64,000 nt of DNA, taken from positions 64,001-128,000 of the forward strand of contig JAQBHB010000031.1 in assembly GCA_032128115.1 (NCBI GenBank), read 5' to 3'. Below are positions 37,628-47,693 of the stretch, piece after piece. Numbering within the stretch: the stretch's first letter is position 1; each line of letters begins with the position of its first letter. The stretch comes from Deltaproteobacteria bacterium. GTDB taxonomy: Bacteria; Myxococcota_A; UBA9160; SMWR01. The position numbers and the translations under genes were made by a program. The notes beneath the pieces were generated by a model. The model did no database searches and was not told the DNA's origin. It worked only from the letters and a program-made list of their open reading frames with translations.

Positions 37628-40058
37628 ATCTTCTCCTCGCAGCGAACCACAACGGGCTCGGGGGCTTCTCCCGCGCGCAGGGTAATTCGCTTGCGCACGT
37701 CCCGATAGCCCTCCCGGGTGCCTACCACCGTGTAGATCCCTGGACGCAGTTCGAGGCGACGGCTCTCGAAGTTCCCGAGCTTGCCCACCCGATACACGAC
37801 CACGTCGGTCTGGAGATCCGACTTCAGATGGATCGTGATGGGCGTTCCGGCGCGCTCCACCGCCAGCTTCGCCGCGGCAATCTGTCGGCTGAGCTCGGGG
37901 CCCGGATCCGTCAGCGTGCCCGCGCGTTCCAGCACGAGCACGGCCTGGTCGAACACCTCGGGCGACGACAGTCGCTCGGGCTGGTTCGCGAAGCGCTGGA
38001 GTTCATCGGACAGCGCCTCCATCTGCCGCGTCCGCGATCGGCCGCGCAGTGCAAAGAGCAGTGCCGGATCCAGGTCCAGGACCGCCTCGTACTGCTCGGC
38101 GGCTCCGCCCCAGCGTTCCTCCCGCTCGAGATCCTCGGCCCGCGTGCGGATGTTTGCGATCTCGCGCAGCCGCCAACCCTGCTGGGCCTGGGTGATGCCT
38201 TCGCCCGGCCCGGGGGCCTGGGGGCGCAGCGCGTGGGCACGTTCGAAGGCGCCGGTGGCGCGATTGAACTCCCCGCGATCGAGTGCCGCGTACCCCTCGG
38301 TCATGGCTGCCAGGTAGTCGATCTCCGCGATCCGGTCCTGCAGCCGCACACGGGCCACGCGCGCGGATTCCACTTCCGGGTCAAGCTCGAGGGCGCGATC
38401 GTAGGCCGCAAGTGCCTGCGCCAGCTCGCCTTCGGCCTCCAGCCGGGCCCCGTCGCGAAGCGCCGCGAACAACTCGTCGGCGCTCTCGGCGCGCTCGAGC
38501 CCGCGCCTTGCCCGGGCGTTCTCCGGGTCGAGGGAGAGCGCCAACTCGAAGCGCTCGATGGCCTCCTCGTCCTCGCCGAGGGTCAGGGCCAGCTCGCCCG
38601 CCCGCAACGACTCCTGCAGAAGGGTTTCGGCCCGGCCGTCCAGGTCTTCGAATCGCTCGAGCGCCGACTCGAAGGCGGCCCGTGCGTCGTTGTACTCGCT
38701 GTGGCGCAGGTCACCCATGCCGGTCTCGACCCGCAGATTCGCCCCGGCAAAGTCGGCGGCGGCCCACAGGTCCACGTTGCGCGCGGCCACGATGTCCCGC
38801 TTCTCGATCGCGGCCGCGAGTGCCTCCTCGGCCGCGATGCGCTCGCGGGCTCGCGCACCAGCTCGTCCGGAGCCAGGCCCACATGGGGCAGCTCCGAGAT
38901 CCCCACCCGGCGAGACGAGCCGGTCGATCCGGTTCCGGTAACGCTGACCCGGAGGTCTCCCGTCGCCGCCAGGGCCTGTTCCCCCACAACCCGCTCCCGC
39001 TCGATCCGGCGCTCGACGGCCCGAGGCAGGAAGTAGAAGACGCCCACGGCGGCCACGAGCAGCGCGGCGAATGCGCCCACGGTGATGTTGCGCAGCATCG
39101 AATCACGACCGGGGCTCGACTCGGGCGCCCTCTCCTGGTGCACCACCGGGGAAAGGCGCACCGCTTCGATGTCGTCCTCCCAGTCCTCGGTCGCGTCGAG
39201 GCCGTCGAATGCCGGGAGCGCCTCCGGGGTCGGCAACGGCGGGAGCCGCCAGGACCCGCCGAGCGAGTCCAGAACGCCCTGCACCTCCTCGAGGCCCGGT
39301 CGCTCGGATGCCGCGTGGGCCAGCATCCGCGACACCAGGATCTCCAGCTCCTCGGGTGCGGGCTCGCCGCCCGAAGCGCGCGGTGTCAGCGGGGGCAGCA
39401 TGCGCGGCCCGGTCTCGAGGCCCGTGCCGCGCTCGGATCGGTACGGATGCCGGCCCGAGATCCACTCGAAAAGCAGCACACCGAGGGCGTAGACATCGTC
39501 GGCGAGCCCAGGGGGCTCGCCGGCCAGTCGCTCGGGACTGAAGGCCGCAGTGTCGAGCCGGGCCCGATCGCCAAGAGCCCCGTGGGCCAGCGCCGAGATC
39601 CCCAGATCGGCCAGGAAGGTGGCGCCCGTGGCATCGCAGAGCACGTTCGAGGCCTTCACACCACCGTGGGCGAGACCCTCCCGGTGGGCCACGGCCAGCG
39701 CATCCAGGGCCGGGGACAGCGCGCTCAGGATGCCGCCGGTGGAGCGTCCCCGGAAGCGCGTGAAGTCATCGCCCGCGAAGTAGTCCATGGAGAGCGCGGA
39801 TCGGCCCTCCAGATGAAGCAGCTCGGAGAAGCGCACCAGGCGCGGGTGCACCAGAGCCCGGATGCGGGGCAGCGTCTCGGTCAGCCAGTGGCTCGCCGCA
39901 GGCGACGTGAGCAGGTCCGGATCGAGATGCTTGAGCGCGACCCGGGCTCCGAGAACACGGTCCAGGGCGAGCCAGCACTCGCCGACACTGCCGCAGCCCA
40001 ATCGATGCTGCAGTTCATAGCGTTGCGCGAGGAGATGACCTTCGATCCAGTGCGGCAT
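37624..40058 (-). CDS. Ser/Thr pseudokinase + TM + TPR-like repeats + PEGA-like C-terminus, frameshifted near 38850
   Basis: LGCGSVG, VALK, AHGGVKASN, DLG, SPE, DVYALG; TM ITVGAFAALLVAAVGVFYFL; one added base near 38850 joins it to TPR ORF 37624..38790 (~811 aa). Confidence 0.75.
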
Positions 40059-40067
40059 GAACGGAAG

Positions 40068-41300
40068 CTAGTTCTGTGGGGCTCCCGCGGCGTCGGTCGC
40101 GGAATCCGGCTTCTCGGGAACTGCAAATCCGGTCTCGGATATGTAGATCTCCCGGAGCAATCGCCTCCAGTTCTGATACTGGGTTTCGGCGGATCCGGTC
40201 AGACGCAGCGTCTGCCCTTCCACTTCGACTACGCGGGGTGCCACATCCGAATCGAAGGAGCGCCCCAGCTCCCGAACGGCCTCGGCATGGATCTGGGTCT
40301 CGCTGGTGAGTGCCCAGCCGCTCCGGGCGGCAAGCGTGCCTCCGGCGATCAACGGACCGGCCAGAATCTCCAGGGGGACCGGCGCCCCCACGGTCATCAG
40401 GGCGATGCCTCCCACGATCGCCAGCACTCCGCCCGCCAATCGCAGGTTGGCCTGGCGCCGGATCTTGCGCAGCGCCGTGACCTCTTCGTACGAGTAGGCG
40501 CGCCACTTCAGATAAGGGTCTTCCATGCCCAGATAGAAGTCCGCGTAGTGCTCGTTGAGCGTGTCGATGAAGATGTCGTCGCGCTCCCGGATCCTTTCCA
40601 CCCGCGCCATCATCGGGTCGCCCTCGGCGGGCAGGCGCTTGGCGTGAGCACGTCCGTCTTCGTCCACCGCCACGTAGTCGCCGAAGGCTTGCGGCGCGAG
40701 ATCCGCCGCAAAACGCAGCGACGACAGGGTGCGGATTCCGAGGATCTCCTCTGGCAGCAGCTGGCTGCGGGCCTCCAGCATGTCGTTGGCGATGCGGTTG
40801 TAGAGATCCTGGAAGGGATCCCGCTCGCTCCCGGGAATCACCACGTAGGAGCTGGCGTTGACGTCGCCTTCGTACTCTTCGTCGAGCCAACTCCGGCCAG
40901 TCGCGTCGAGAACCACCACCCGGATCCGCAGCGTCTCGCCGTCCGAACTCACGATCTCTCCGAGCACCTCCACGTCCACCGAGCGCGAGTCGTCCGGAAT
41001 CAGGCGCACGGCGCCCCACTGACCCGTCTGCTGCAGGGTGTTCTTCAGGTGATAGGGAATGAAACGCGCCTCGGCCCGACGAACTCCGGCGAAGACCAGG
41101 TTGTCCTCGTCTTCCATCTCCTTTTCGTCGGGAAGCCCGGGATCGAACAGCTCGATACTGATCTCGAGCAGCAGCTCTTCGGGGATCTCGCTCCCGGCCT
41201 CGATGATGGGGGTCGAACCGTGGTGCACGCGTTGAGTGGCGCAGCCCGTTCCGAGCCCCACCAGGACCGAGAGTGCAAGCGCAGCAATAGGACGACTCAT
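40068..41300 (-). CDS. Lipoprotein of unknown function with a glycine-zipper-like hairpin
   Basis: Lipobox-like GTGC at residue 20; LAGGVLAIVGGIALM..LIAGGTLAA segment; overlaps the upstream stop. Confidence 0.8.
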   Translation of the reverse strand: MSRPIAALALSVLVGLGTGCATQRVHHGSTPIIEAGSEIPEELLLEISIELFDPGLPDEKEMEDEDNLVFAGVRRAEARFIPYHLKNTLQQTGQWGAVRLIPDDSRSVDVEVLGEIVSSDGETLRIRVVVLDATGRSWLDEEYEGDVNASSYVVIPGSERDPFQDLYNRIANDMLEARSQLLPEEILGIRTLSSLRFAADLAPQAFGDYVAVDEDGRAHAKRLPAEGDPMMARVERIRERDDIFIDTLNEHYADFYLGMEDPYLKWRAYSYEEVTALRKIRRQANLRLAGGVLAIVGGIALMTVGAPVPLEILAGPLIAGGTLAARSGWALTSETQIHAEAVRELGRSFDSDVAPRVVEVEGQTLRLTGSAETQYQNWRRLLREIYISETGFAVPEKPDSATDAAGAPQN

Positions 41301-42385
41301 TGCACAGTCCTCGGATTCGAGCTCGAACTCCCCTTGCGTTGGCTCGCGTTCTTGTAGGCGTAGTACTCATCCCAGAGCTTCTGGCGGAGCCCCGGATCCG
41401 GCTCGTTCTCGGCGGCCTCGCGCAGCTGGCGCGCCACGATGTCGTCGTCGTATCCCTCGGATGCGCCGGTCGACGGTGGCGCCCCGGCGGCGCCCTGGCC
41501 GCCGCCTCCGACCGCGCCTCCCTGGGAGCCGCCGCTGCCTTGCTCGTTCCCACCGGAGCCTTCGCCACCCGACGATCCAGCGCGGGCCGACTCCCCTTCG
41601 GAGGCAGGACCGCCGCCACTGCCCTGGGAGCGCGCGCGCGCCGCCTGGCGATCGGATGCGATGTCCTCGTGCTCCCGCGCCAGGATGCGGTCGAACTCGC
41701 CGAGGGCCTTTTCGAGCTCCTGCTCGCGGAGAACCTGCTCTTCTTCGTAGCTGCGTGCCGTTGCGGAGTCTTCGCCACCCGAGCCGCGGCCTCCCTTGCC
41801 GCCGGCGCCGGCGCCAAACAATCCGTCGTCGCCCCAGACACCCGCGTCCCCCGAGTTCGATTCCCCAGAGGCCCCGTCGCCTGCTTCCCCGCCCTCCTCG
41901 CCCATCTGGCCCGTCTGGCCCGTCACACCGGTCACGCCGGTCTCGCCCGTCACACCGGTCTGGCCCGTCACACCGGTCTGGCCGGAGCCAGTACCAGTGG
42001 ATGCATCGCCGTCCGATCCGGGCTCCGATCCCTCGCCTCCGGCGCTTCCCGCGGCCCCGGCCACATCGCCCGACTCGCTTCCCGACGATTCGGAGCCCTC
42101 GGCACCGGCGGAGCCCTCGGAACCCTCGCCTGCTTCGGAGCCCTGGCCCTGCCCCGAGTTCGACGAGGATTCGGAGCCCTGCGCGCCCTGCGACTGCGAT
42201 TGGGACTGGGACTGGGATTGACTCTTGCTGGAGGAAGACGAGCTGCTGCTCGAACTCGAAGGGACCGACGGCATCGAAGAGCTGGAGCTCTCACTCGACG
42301 TGGTCGCGCAACTCGATCCGAGAAGCGCAGCAGCGCAGAACGTGAGGAGCAGCGTCGGGATCTGGGGGGGCAGTCGCATGGCCAT
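41297..42385 (-). CDS. Low-complexity Ser/Gly-rich lipoprotein with Gly-X-Thr repeats and a helical C-terminal motif
   Basis: MAMRLPP..AAALLGSSC lipobox-like; poly-S and (SQ)n; DDDIVARQLREAAENEPDPGLRQKLWDEY. Confidence 0.75.
   Translation of the reverse strand: MAMRLPPQIPTLLLTFCAAALLGSSCATTSSESSSSSMPSVPSSSSSSSSSSSKSQSQSQSQSQSQGAQGSESSSNSGQGQGSEAGEGSEGSAGAEGSESSGSESGDVAGAAGSAGGEGSEPGSDGDASTGTGSGQTGVTGQTGVTGETGVTGVTGQTGQMGEEGGEAGDGASGESNSGDAGVWGDDGLFGAGAGGKGGRGSGGEDSATARSYEEEQVLREQELEKALGEFDRILAREHEDIASDRQAARARSQGSGGGPASEGESARAGSSGGEGSGGNEQGSGGSQGGAVGGGGQGAAGAPPSTGASEGYDDDIVARQLREAAENEPDPGLRQKLWDEYYAYKNASQRKGSSSSNPRTVQ
41885..41983 (-). repeat. Collagen-like (Gly-X-Y)11 coding repeat
   Basis: GQT GVT GQT GVT GET GVT GVT GQT GQM GEE GGE; recurring ccgtcacaccggtc on the plus strand. 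Confidence 0.75.
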
Positions 42386-42594
42386 GCCCTTCTGCTTGGA
42401 GGCGTGCCAGCTCGAGAAGTCGTTAAAGTAACCGAATTCCCTGGAAAAGTGGTGATTTTGCAATGGGTTGGAAGCTGCGCGCGATCTGCTCACGAGTGAG
42501 TTCAGGGAGCACACCGCACTCAACCCCCAGGGGAACCGGGGCGGCACCACCACGTCCCTAGACTCGACCCGGGCCGTTTTCACGGTCGAACAGT

Positions 42595-43281
<687 letters not shown>

Positions 43282-43414
43282 CGGGAAGTCCTCCCTGGAG
43301 GTTCCGCTCTCTGGGCCCCGGCTCTTGGGGCCCCGACTCTGGGCGCCGGAACAGGATACCGGCTTCTCGGGTCGCGCTGCGAGCGCGTATACTGCGCCGC
43401 CAGGAGGGCCCCCC

Positions 43415-44347
43415 ATGCCCTGGACGACCGACGACCTTCCGGACCTGTCGGGCCAGACCCTGGTAGTCACTGGCGGCAACAGCGGCCTGGGACTCCACAC
43501 GTCGCGCCACTTCGCCCGCCGCGGCGGTCGGGTGGTGCTGGCGTGCCGCGATCTCTCGAAGGCCAAGACCGTCGTCGAGAGCATCCGGACCGAGCACCCG
43601 GACGCCCGGGTGGAAGCACTCGAACTCGACCTGGCGAACCTGGCATCGGTGCGAGGGTTCGCCGATCGCTTCGGCTCCGAGTACGAACGACTCGATGTGC
43701 TCTGCAACAACGCCGGCGTGATGGCCCTTCCCCACCGGCGCACCGCCGACGGCTTCGAGATGCAGCTCGGCACCAACCATCTGGGACATTTCGCACTCAC
43801 CGGGTTGCTGATCGGGCGCCTGCTCTCGACTCCGGGTGCGCGCGTCGTAACGGTGAGCAGCACTGCGCACAAGGCGGGCCGGATCCGCCTGGACGATCTC
43901 CAGCGCGAGCGGAGCTACGCCCGATGGTCTGCATACGCGCAAAGCAAGCTCGCGAACCTCCACTTCGCGTTCGAGCTGCACAGGCGCCTGGAAGCCCGGG
44001 GGCTCGACGTCACCAGCGTGGCTTGTCACCCGGGCTACGCCGACACCAACCTGCAGTTCGCCGCCCCGCGCATGCAAGGCTCGACGTTGGGCGAGCGCGC
44101 CTTCCAGGTCATGAACCGCCTGTTCGCCCAGAGCGCCGAGATGGGGGCGCTCCCCACCCTCTATGCCGCCACCGCGACCGCGGTGCGGGGCGGCGACTAC
44201 ATCGGGCCCGATGGCTTCGCCGAGAACCGCGGCCATCCCAAGCGAGTGCGACCCAGCGCCCGCACCCGGGACACGGAGACGGCGGCGCGACTCTGGGCGA
44301 TCTCCGAGGAGCTGACAGGCGTTCGTTACGAAGCCCTCGCGGGCTAG
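43415..44347 (+). CDS. SDR-family oxidoreductase (retinol dehydrogenase/WWOX-like)
   Basis: [53 protein letters not shown]. Confidence 0.92.
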   Translation: MPWTTDDLPDLSGQTLVVTGGNSGLGLHTSRHFARRGGRVVLACRDLSKAKTVVESIRTEHPDARVEALELDLANLASVRGFADRFGSEYERLDVLCNNAGVMALPHRRTADGFEMQLGTNHLGHFALTGLLIGRLLSTPGARVVTVSSTAHKAGRIRLDDLQRERSYARWSAYAQSKLANLHFAFELHRRLEARGLDVTSVACHPGYADTNLQFAAPRMQGSTLGERAFQVMNRLFAQSAEMGALPTLYAATATAVRGGDYIGPDGFAENRGHPKRVRPSARTRDTETAARLWAISEELTGVRYEALAG

Positions 44348-44355
44348 GCGACGGA

Positions 44356-45129
44356 GTGCGCGTTGCCACCTGGAACGTGAACGGGCTGCGCGCGCGCCTG
44401 GAATTCGTGCTGCTCTGGCTTCGCGAGCGTTCGCCCGACGTGGTGGGCCTGCAGGAGCTGAAGCTGACCGACGACGTGTTTCCCCACGACGCATTCGAAG
44501 CCGAGGGCTACCAGGCGCTCAGCCACGGTCAGAAGAGCTGGAACGGGGTCGCCATCCTGAGCCGCCGCGAGGCCACGCTGACCCGCGTCGGTCTTCCCTG
44601 CGGCGAGGACCAGGGAGCGCGGCTCATCACAGCGCGGGTGGAGGATCTGTCGTTCACGAGCGTCTATTGCCCCAACGGAAAGGATATCCAGCACGCCGAT
44701 TTCCCGCGCAAACTGGCCTGGTTCGACGCCCTGGCCTCGCACCTGGAGGAGCACCACGACGCCGGCCGCGCCACGATCCTGGCTGGAGACTTCAACGTGG
44801 TGCCGGGGGCGCTCGACAGCTGGAATGGAGAGGCGTTCGCCGGGAGGATCTTCCACAGCGACGAAGAACGCGCGCGCCTGTCGCGCATCCTGTCGTGGGG
44901 CCTCGTCGACGTCTACCGCCACATCAACCCCTACACCCAGGCGTTCTCCTGGTGGGACTACCGGGGCGGAGCGTTTCACCGCAAGCAGGGCCTGCGCATC
45001 GACTTTCTACTGGCGACCGCCCCTGCGCTGGCCCGGGTGCGCGCCGTGGAGATCGACCGGGAATACCGCAAAAAACGGGAAGGCCTCACCCCATCGGATC
45101 ACGCCCCGGTCTGGGCCGACCTCGGCTGA
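44356..45129 (+). CDS. xth: Exodeoxyribonuclease III
   Basis: ATWNVNG, LQELK, NGVAILSR, SVYCPNG, GDFNV, FSWWDYR, LRIDFLL, SDHAPV. Confidence 0.95.
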   Translation: MRVATWNVNGLRARLEFVLLWLRERSPDVVGLQELKLTDDVFPHDAFEAEGYQALSHGQKSWNGVAILSRREATLTRVGLPCGEDQGARLITARVEDLSFTSVYCPNGKDIQHADFPRKLAWFDALASHLEEHHDAGRATILAGDFNVVPGALDSWNGEAFAGRIFHSDEERARLSRILSWGLVDVYRHINPYTQAFSWWDYRGGAFHRKQGLRIDFLLATAPALARVRAVEIDREYRKKREGLTPSDHAPVWADLG

Positions 45130-45147
45130 GCCTGGGCGACGGCCTTC

Positions 45148-47529
45148 TCAGGGCGCCTCGGTCGGCGGATCTTCCAAAACACCGGCGGCGATCAGGCGTT
45201 CGATCTCCGCGTCGGAGAGCCCCAGCAGCTGGGAAGCGACTTCGCGGGTGTGCTCTCCCAGCAGCGGTGCCTGGCTGATGATCGGTTCCGGCAGGTCGCT
45301 TCCGTGGAACGCCGGCCCCTCTACCACCATGGGTCCGATTCCCTGCTGCTCCATTCTGCGGAGATAACCGCGCGCGGCCAGGTGCGGATCCTCGAGGTGG
45401 GATCTTCCGTTGGCCACGAAGCCGGCGGCCACGCCGTGGGCCTGGAGCGCGGCCATCACCTGGCGGGCGCCGTGCTCCCGGGTCCACGACTCGAGACCGC
45501 GGTCGATCTCACCGCTCTTCTGGCGGCGCCCCGAGGCCGTGGTGTATTCGGCATTGCGCGCCCACTCGGGGTCGCCGATCGCCGCGCGCAGCCCCGCCCA
45601 GGCTTCGTCGCTCTTCACGTTGATCACACACCACTCGTCATCGCCGGCGCACGGGTAGCAGCCCCACGGAGCGCCCTGGTCGCTGGCGTTGCCCAGCGGC
45701 TTGACGCTTCCGGGCGCCAGGCTCTCCTTTGCGAACAGATCTCCCATCAACTGGATGGCCGATTCGAACTGGGCGGCATTCGAATGCGAACCCCGCCCGG
45801 TGCGCGCGCGCTTTACCAGCCCCGCCAGCACGGCGAAGGCGCCCACGCGGCCCACGAAGTGATCCGGGTAGACGTTGGTGGAGCCCGCCGGCTGGGCCTC
45901 GTCCTCGGGGTAGTTCCAGAGGTATTGCATACCGCTCACCGGGTGGGTGTTGGGCCCGTAGCCGATCCAGTTCTTCCACGGCCCGAAGGAGCCCACCAGC
46001 TGACTCGAAAAGCTCAGCATGCGCGGGTTCAGCTCGCGCAGGGCGTCGGGCCCCAGACCCAGGCGCTCCATCACGCCGCCGCCGTTGTTCTCGATCAACA
46101 CGTCCGAGACGCGCACCAGCTTCTTGACGAGTGCGAGACCCTCCTCGGTCTTCAGATTGACACCGAAGCCCCGCTTGCTGCGGCTCGAGGAAGCGAAGGG
46201 CGGGTTCATCCAGCTGCTCAGGATGGTCCTGATGAAGTCGGGCGCGGTGCGCGTTTCGATCTTGATCACGTCGGCGCCGTACTCCGCCAGCAGGCGCCCC
46301 ACTTCCACGCCCACGGCGCCCACGCCGAAGTCGACCACCCGCAGGCCGCGCAAGGGATATCCGTCGGGCGAGGCCGGCGTCTCGGACGGATCCACGCCCA
46401 GGGGCACGCGAGCCGCCGGCCGGGCGGCGAAGCTGGCGTCCTGGTTCGGCGCGGGCGGCCCGCTGCCCGGACCCACCCGCACGCCGTCGATGGTCATGAA
46501 GCCAGACGGCACGTCGGCCTCGAAGCCCGCGCCCACCGGAAGCTTGCGGAAGGTGCCCCGCGCCTCTGCGTGTTCGTTGCGGATCACCTCGCCGGGCTCC
46601 AGCAACGGCGTGGCCGGGATGCCGCGTCGCTGCGCCTCGCAGGCCACGTCCACCTTCTTCTTGTCGCGGAAGAAGCGCTCGATCACGGGCACGATCACCT
46701 TCATCTTGACCAGTCGGCCGATGAACTGATCGAAGGCCGGGTCCTGCAACTCTTCTGGATTCCCGATCCACTGAAGGAGCGCCTTCCAGTGATGCTTGAC
46801 CAGGATGATCATGCGGATGAAACCATCGGAGCAGCGGTACAGGGTGTAGATCCCGGTTCCCGCGCGCGGGGAGACGCTCTGCATCACCGAATAACTGGGG
46901 AGCGCCCAGTCGTCGAGATTGCCCACCGATTCCATCACCGAGACGTCCACGTGCTGCCCGCGGCCCGAACGCAGCCGCTGCCAGAACGCCAGCAACGTGG
47001 CGTAGGCGGCGGTGACGCCGGCCGTGTCATAGGCCAGGGCACCGGGCGCCACCAGTGGCGGTTTGGCCAGGATGCCCGCCCGGTGCATCAAGCCGCCGAT
47101 CGCGAAGCCCACCATGTCGGTGCCCTGGTAGTCGCGGTAGGGACCCGTCTGGCCGAAGTCGCTGATGGAGACCAGAACCAGACCCGGGTAGCGCTCCTGC
47201 AGCGCGATGGGATCCAGATCGTTCGCAGCCAGAAAGCCGGGAGCGAACGACTCGATGCAGATGTCGGCGTCGGCCAGCAGGGCGTGCAGACGTTCGCGCC
47301 CCTCGGGTGTGGTGACGTCGAGAGTGGCTCCGCGTTTGCCGGCGTTGCGCACCGCGAAGTACAGACTCGTCTCTCCGTCCGGGGCAAACGGGGCGAGCCG
47401 GCGCGACTCCGCACCCTGGGGCGGCTCGACACGAATCACGTCGGCACCCAGGTCCGCCAACAGGCGCCCGCAGAACTCGCCCTTTTCATCGGCCAGATCG
47501 ACCACCCGCAATCCGTCGAGCGCTCGCAC
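45148..47529 (-). CDS. Family III (CaiB/BaiF) CoA-transferase, tandem two-domain fusion
   Basis: Two copies of L.GLRVVD..GRLLA..GADVI.VE; GRGQHVDVS; APLLGEHT; GTG after AGGAGG. Confidence 0.92.
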   Translation of the reverse strand: MRALDGLRVVDLADEKGEFCGRLLADLGADVIRVEPPQGAESRRLAPFAPDGETSLYFAVRNAGKRGATLDVTTPEGRERLHALLADADICIESFAPGFLAANDLDPIALQERYPGLVLVSISDFGQTGPYRDYQGTDMVGFAIGGLMHRAGILAKPPLVAPGALAYDTAGVTAAYATLLAFWQRLRSGRGQHVDVSVMESVGNLDDWALPSYSVMQSVSPRAGTGIYTLYRCSDGFIRMIILVKHHWKALLQWIGNPEELQDPAFDQFIGRLVKMKVIVPVIERFFRDKKKVDVACEAQRRGIPATPLLEPGEVIRNEHAEARGTFRKLPVGAGFEADVPSGFMTIDGVRVGPGSGPPAPNQDASFAARPAARVPLGVDPSETPASPDGYPLRGLRVVDFGVGAVGVEVGRLLAEYGADVIKIETRTAPDFIRTILSSWMNPPFASSSRSKRGFGVNLKTEEGLALVKKLVRVSDVLIENNGGGVMERLGLGPDALRELNPRMLSFSSQLVGSFGPWKNWIGYGPNTHPVSGMQYLWNYPEDEAQPAGSTNVYPDHFVGRVGAFAVLAGLVKRARTGRGSHSNAAQFESAIQLMGDLFAKESLAPGSVKPLGNASDQGAPWGCYPCAGDDEWCVINVKSDEAWAGLRAAIGDPEWARNAEYTTASGRRQKSGEIDRGLESWTREHGARQVMAALQAHGVAAGFVANGRSHLEDPHLAARGYLRRMEQQGIGPMVVEGPAFHGSDLPEPIISQAPLLGEHTREVASQLLGLSDAEIERLIAAGVLEDPPTEAP

Positions 47530-47542
47530 GGTCGTCCCTCCT

Positions 47543-47572
47543 GTCGGCAATCGTCGGCAATCGTCGGCAATC
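47543..47572. repeat. Perfect 10-bp tandem repeat (GTCGGCAATC)x3
   Basis: Directly upstream of the CoA-transferase RBS in a divergent intergenic region. Confidence 0.9.
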
Positions 47573-47693
47573 GATCCCGGAGGCCACTTTACGGAGGAGG
47601 CATCCCGGGATTCAAGGGTGTGGAGGCCCAAGGGCGCTTTCGATGTGCGAGAATCACCCCCCGCGATCTTCCCCAACCGACGGAGACCCCCCC

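Noticed and set aside
31742..40058. Type VI secretion system (kinase, FHA and FGE resemble PpkA/Fha/TagR)
   Set aside because: No tssB/C, hcp, vgrG, tssL/M or clpV in the window
42393..42411. Possible sigma54 promoter CTGGCACG..AAGC upstream of the lipoprotein operon
   Set aside because: GG-to-GC spacing is 11 rather than 10, TTGC is missing, and it lies too close to the start codon
45148..47529. Double-domain CoA-transferase as a novelty
   Set aside because: Tandem CaiB/BaiF fusions are already well known
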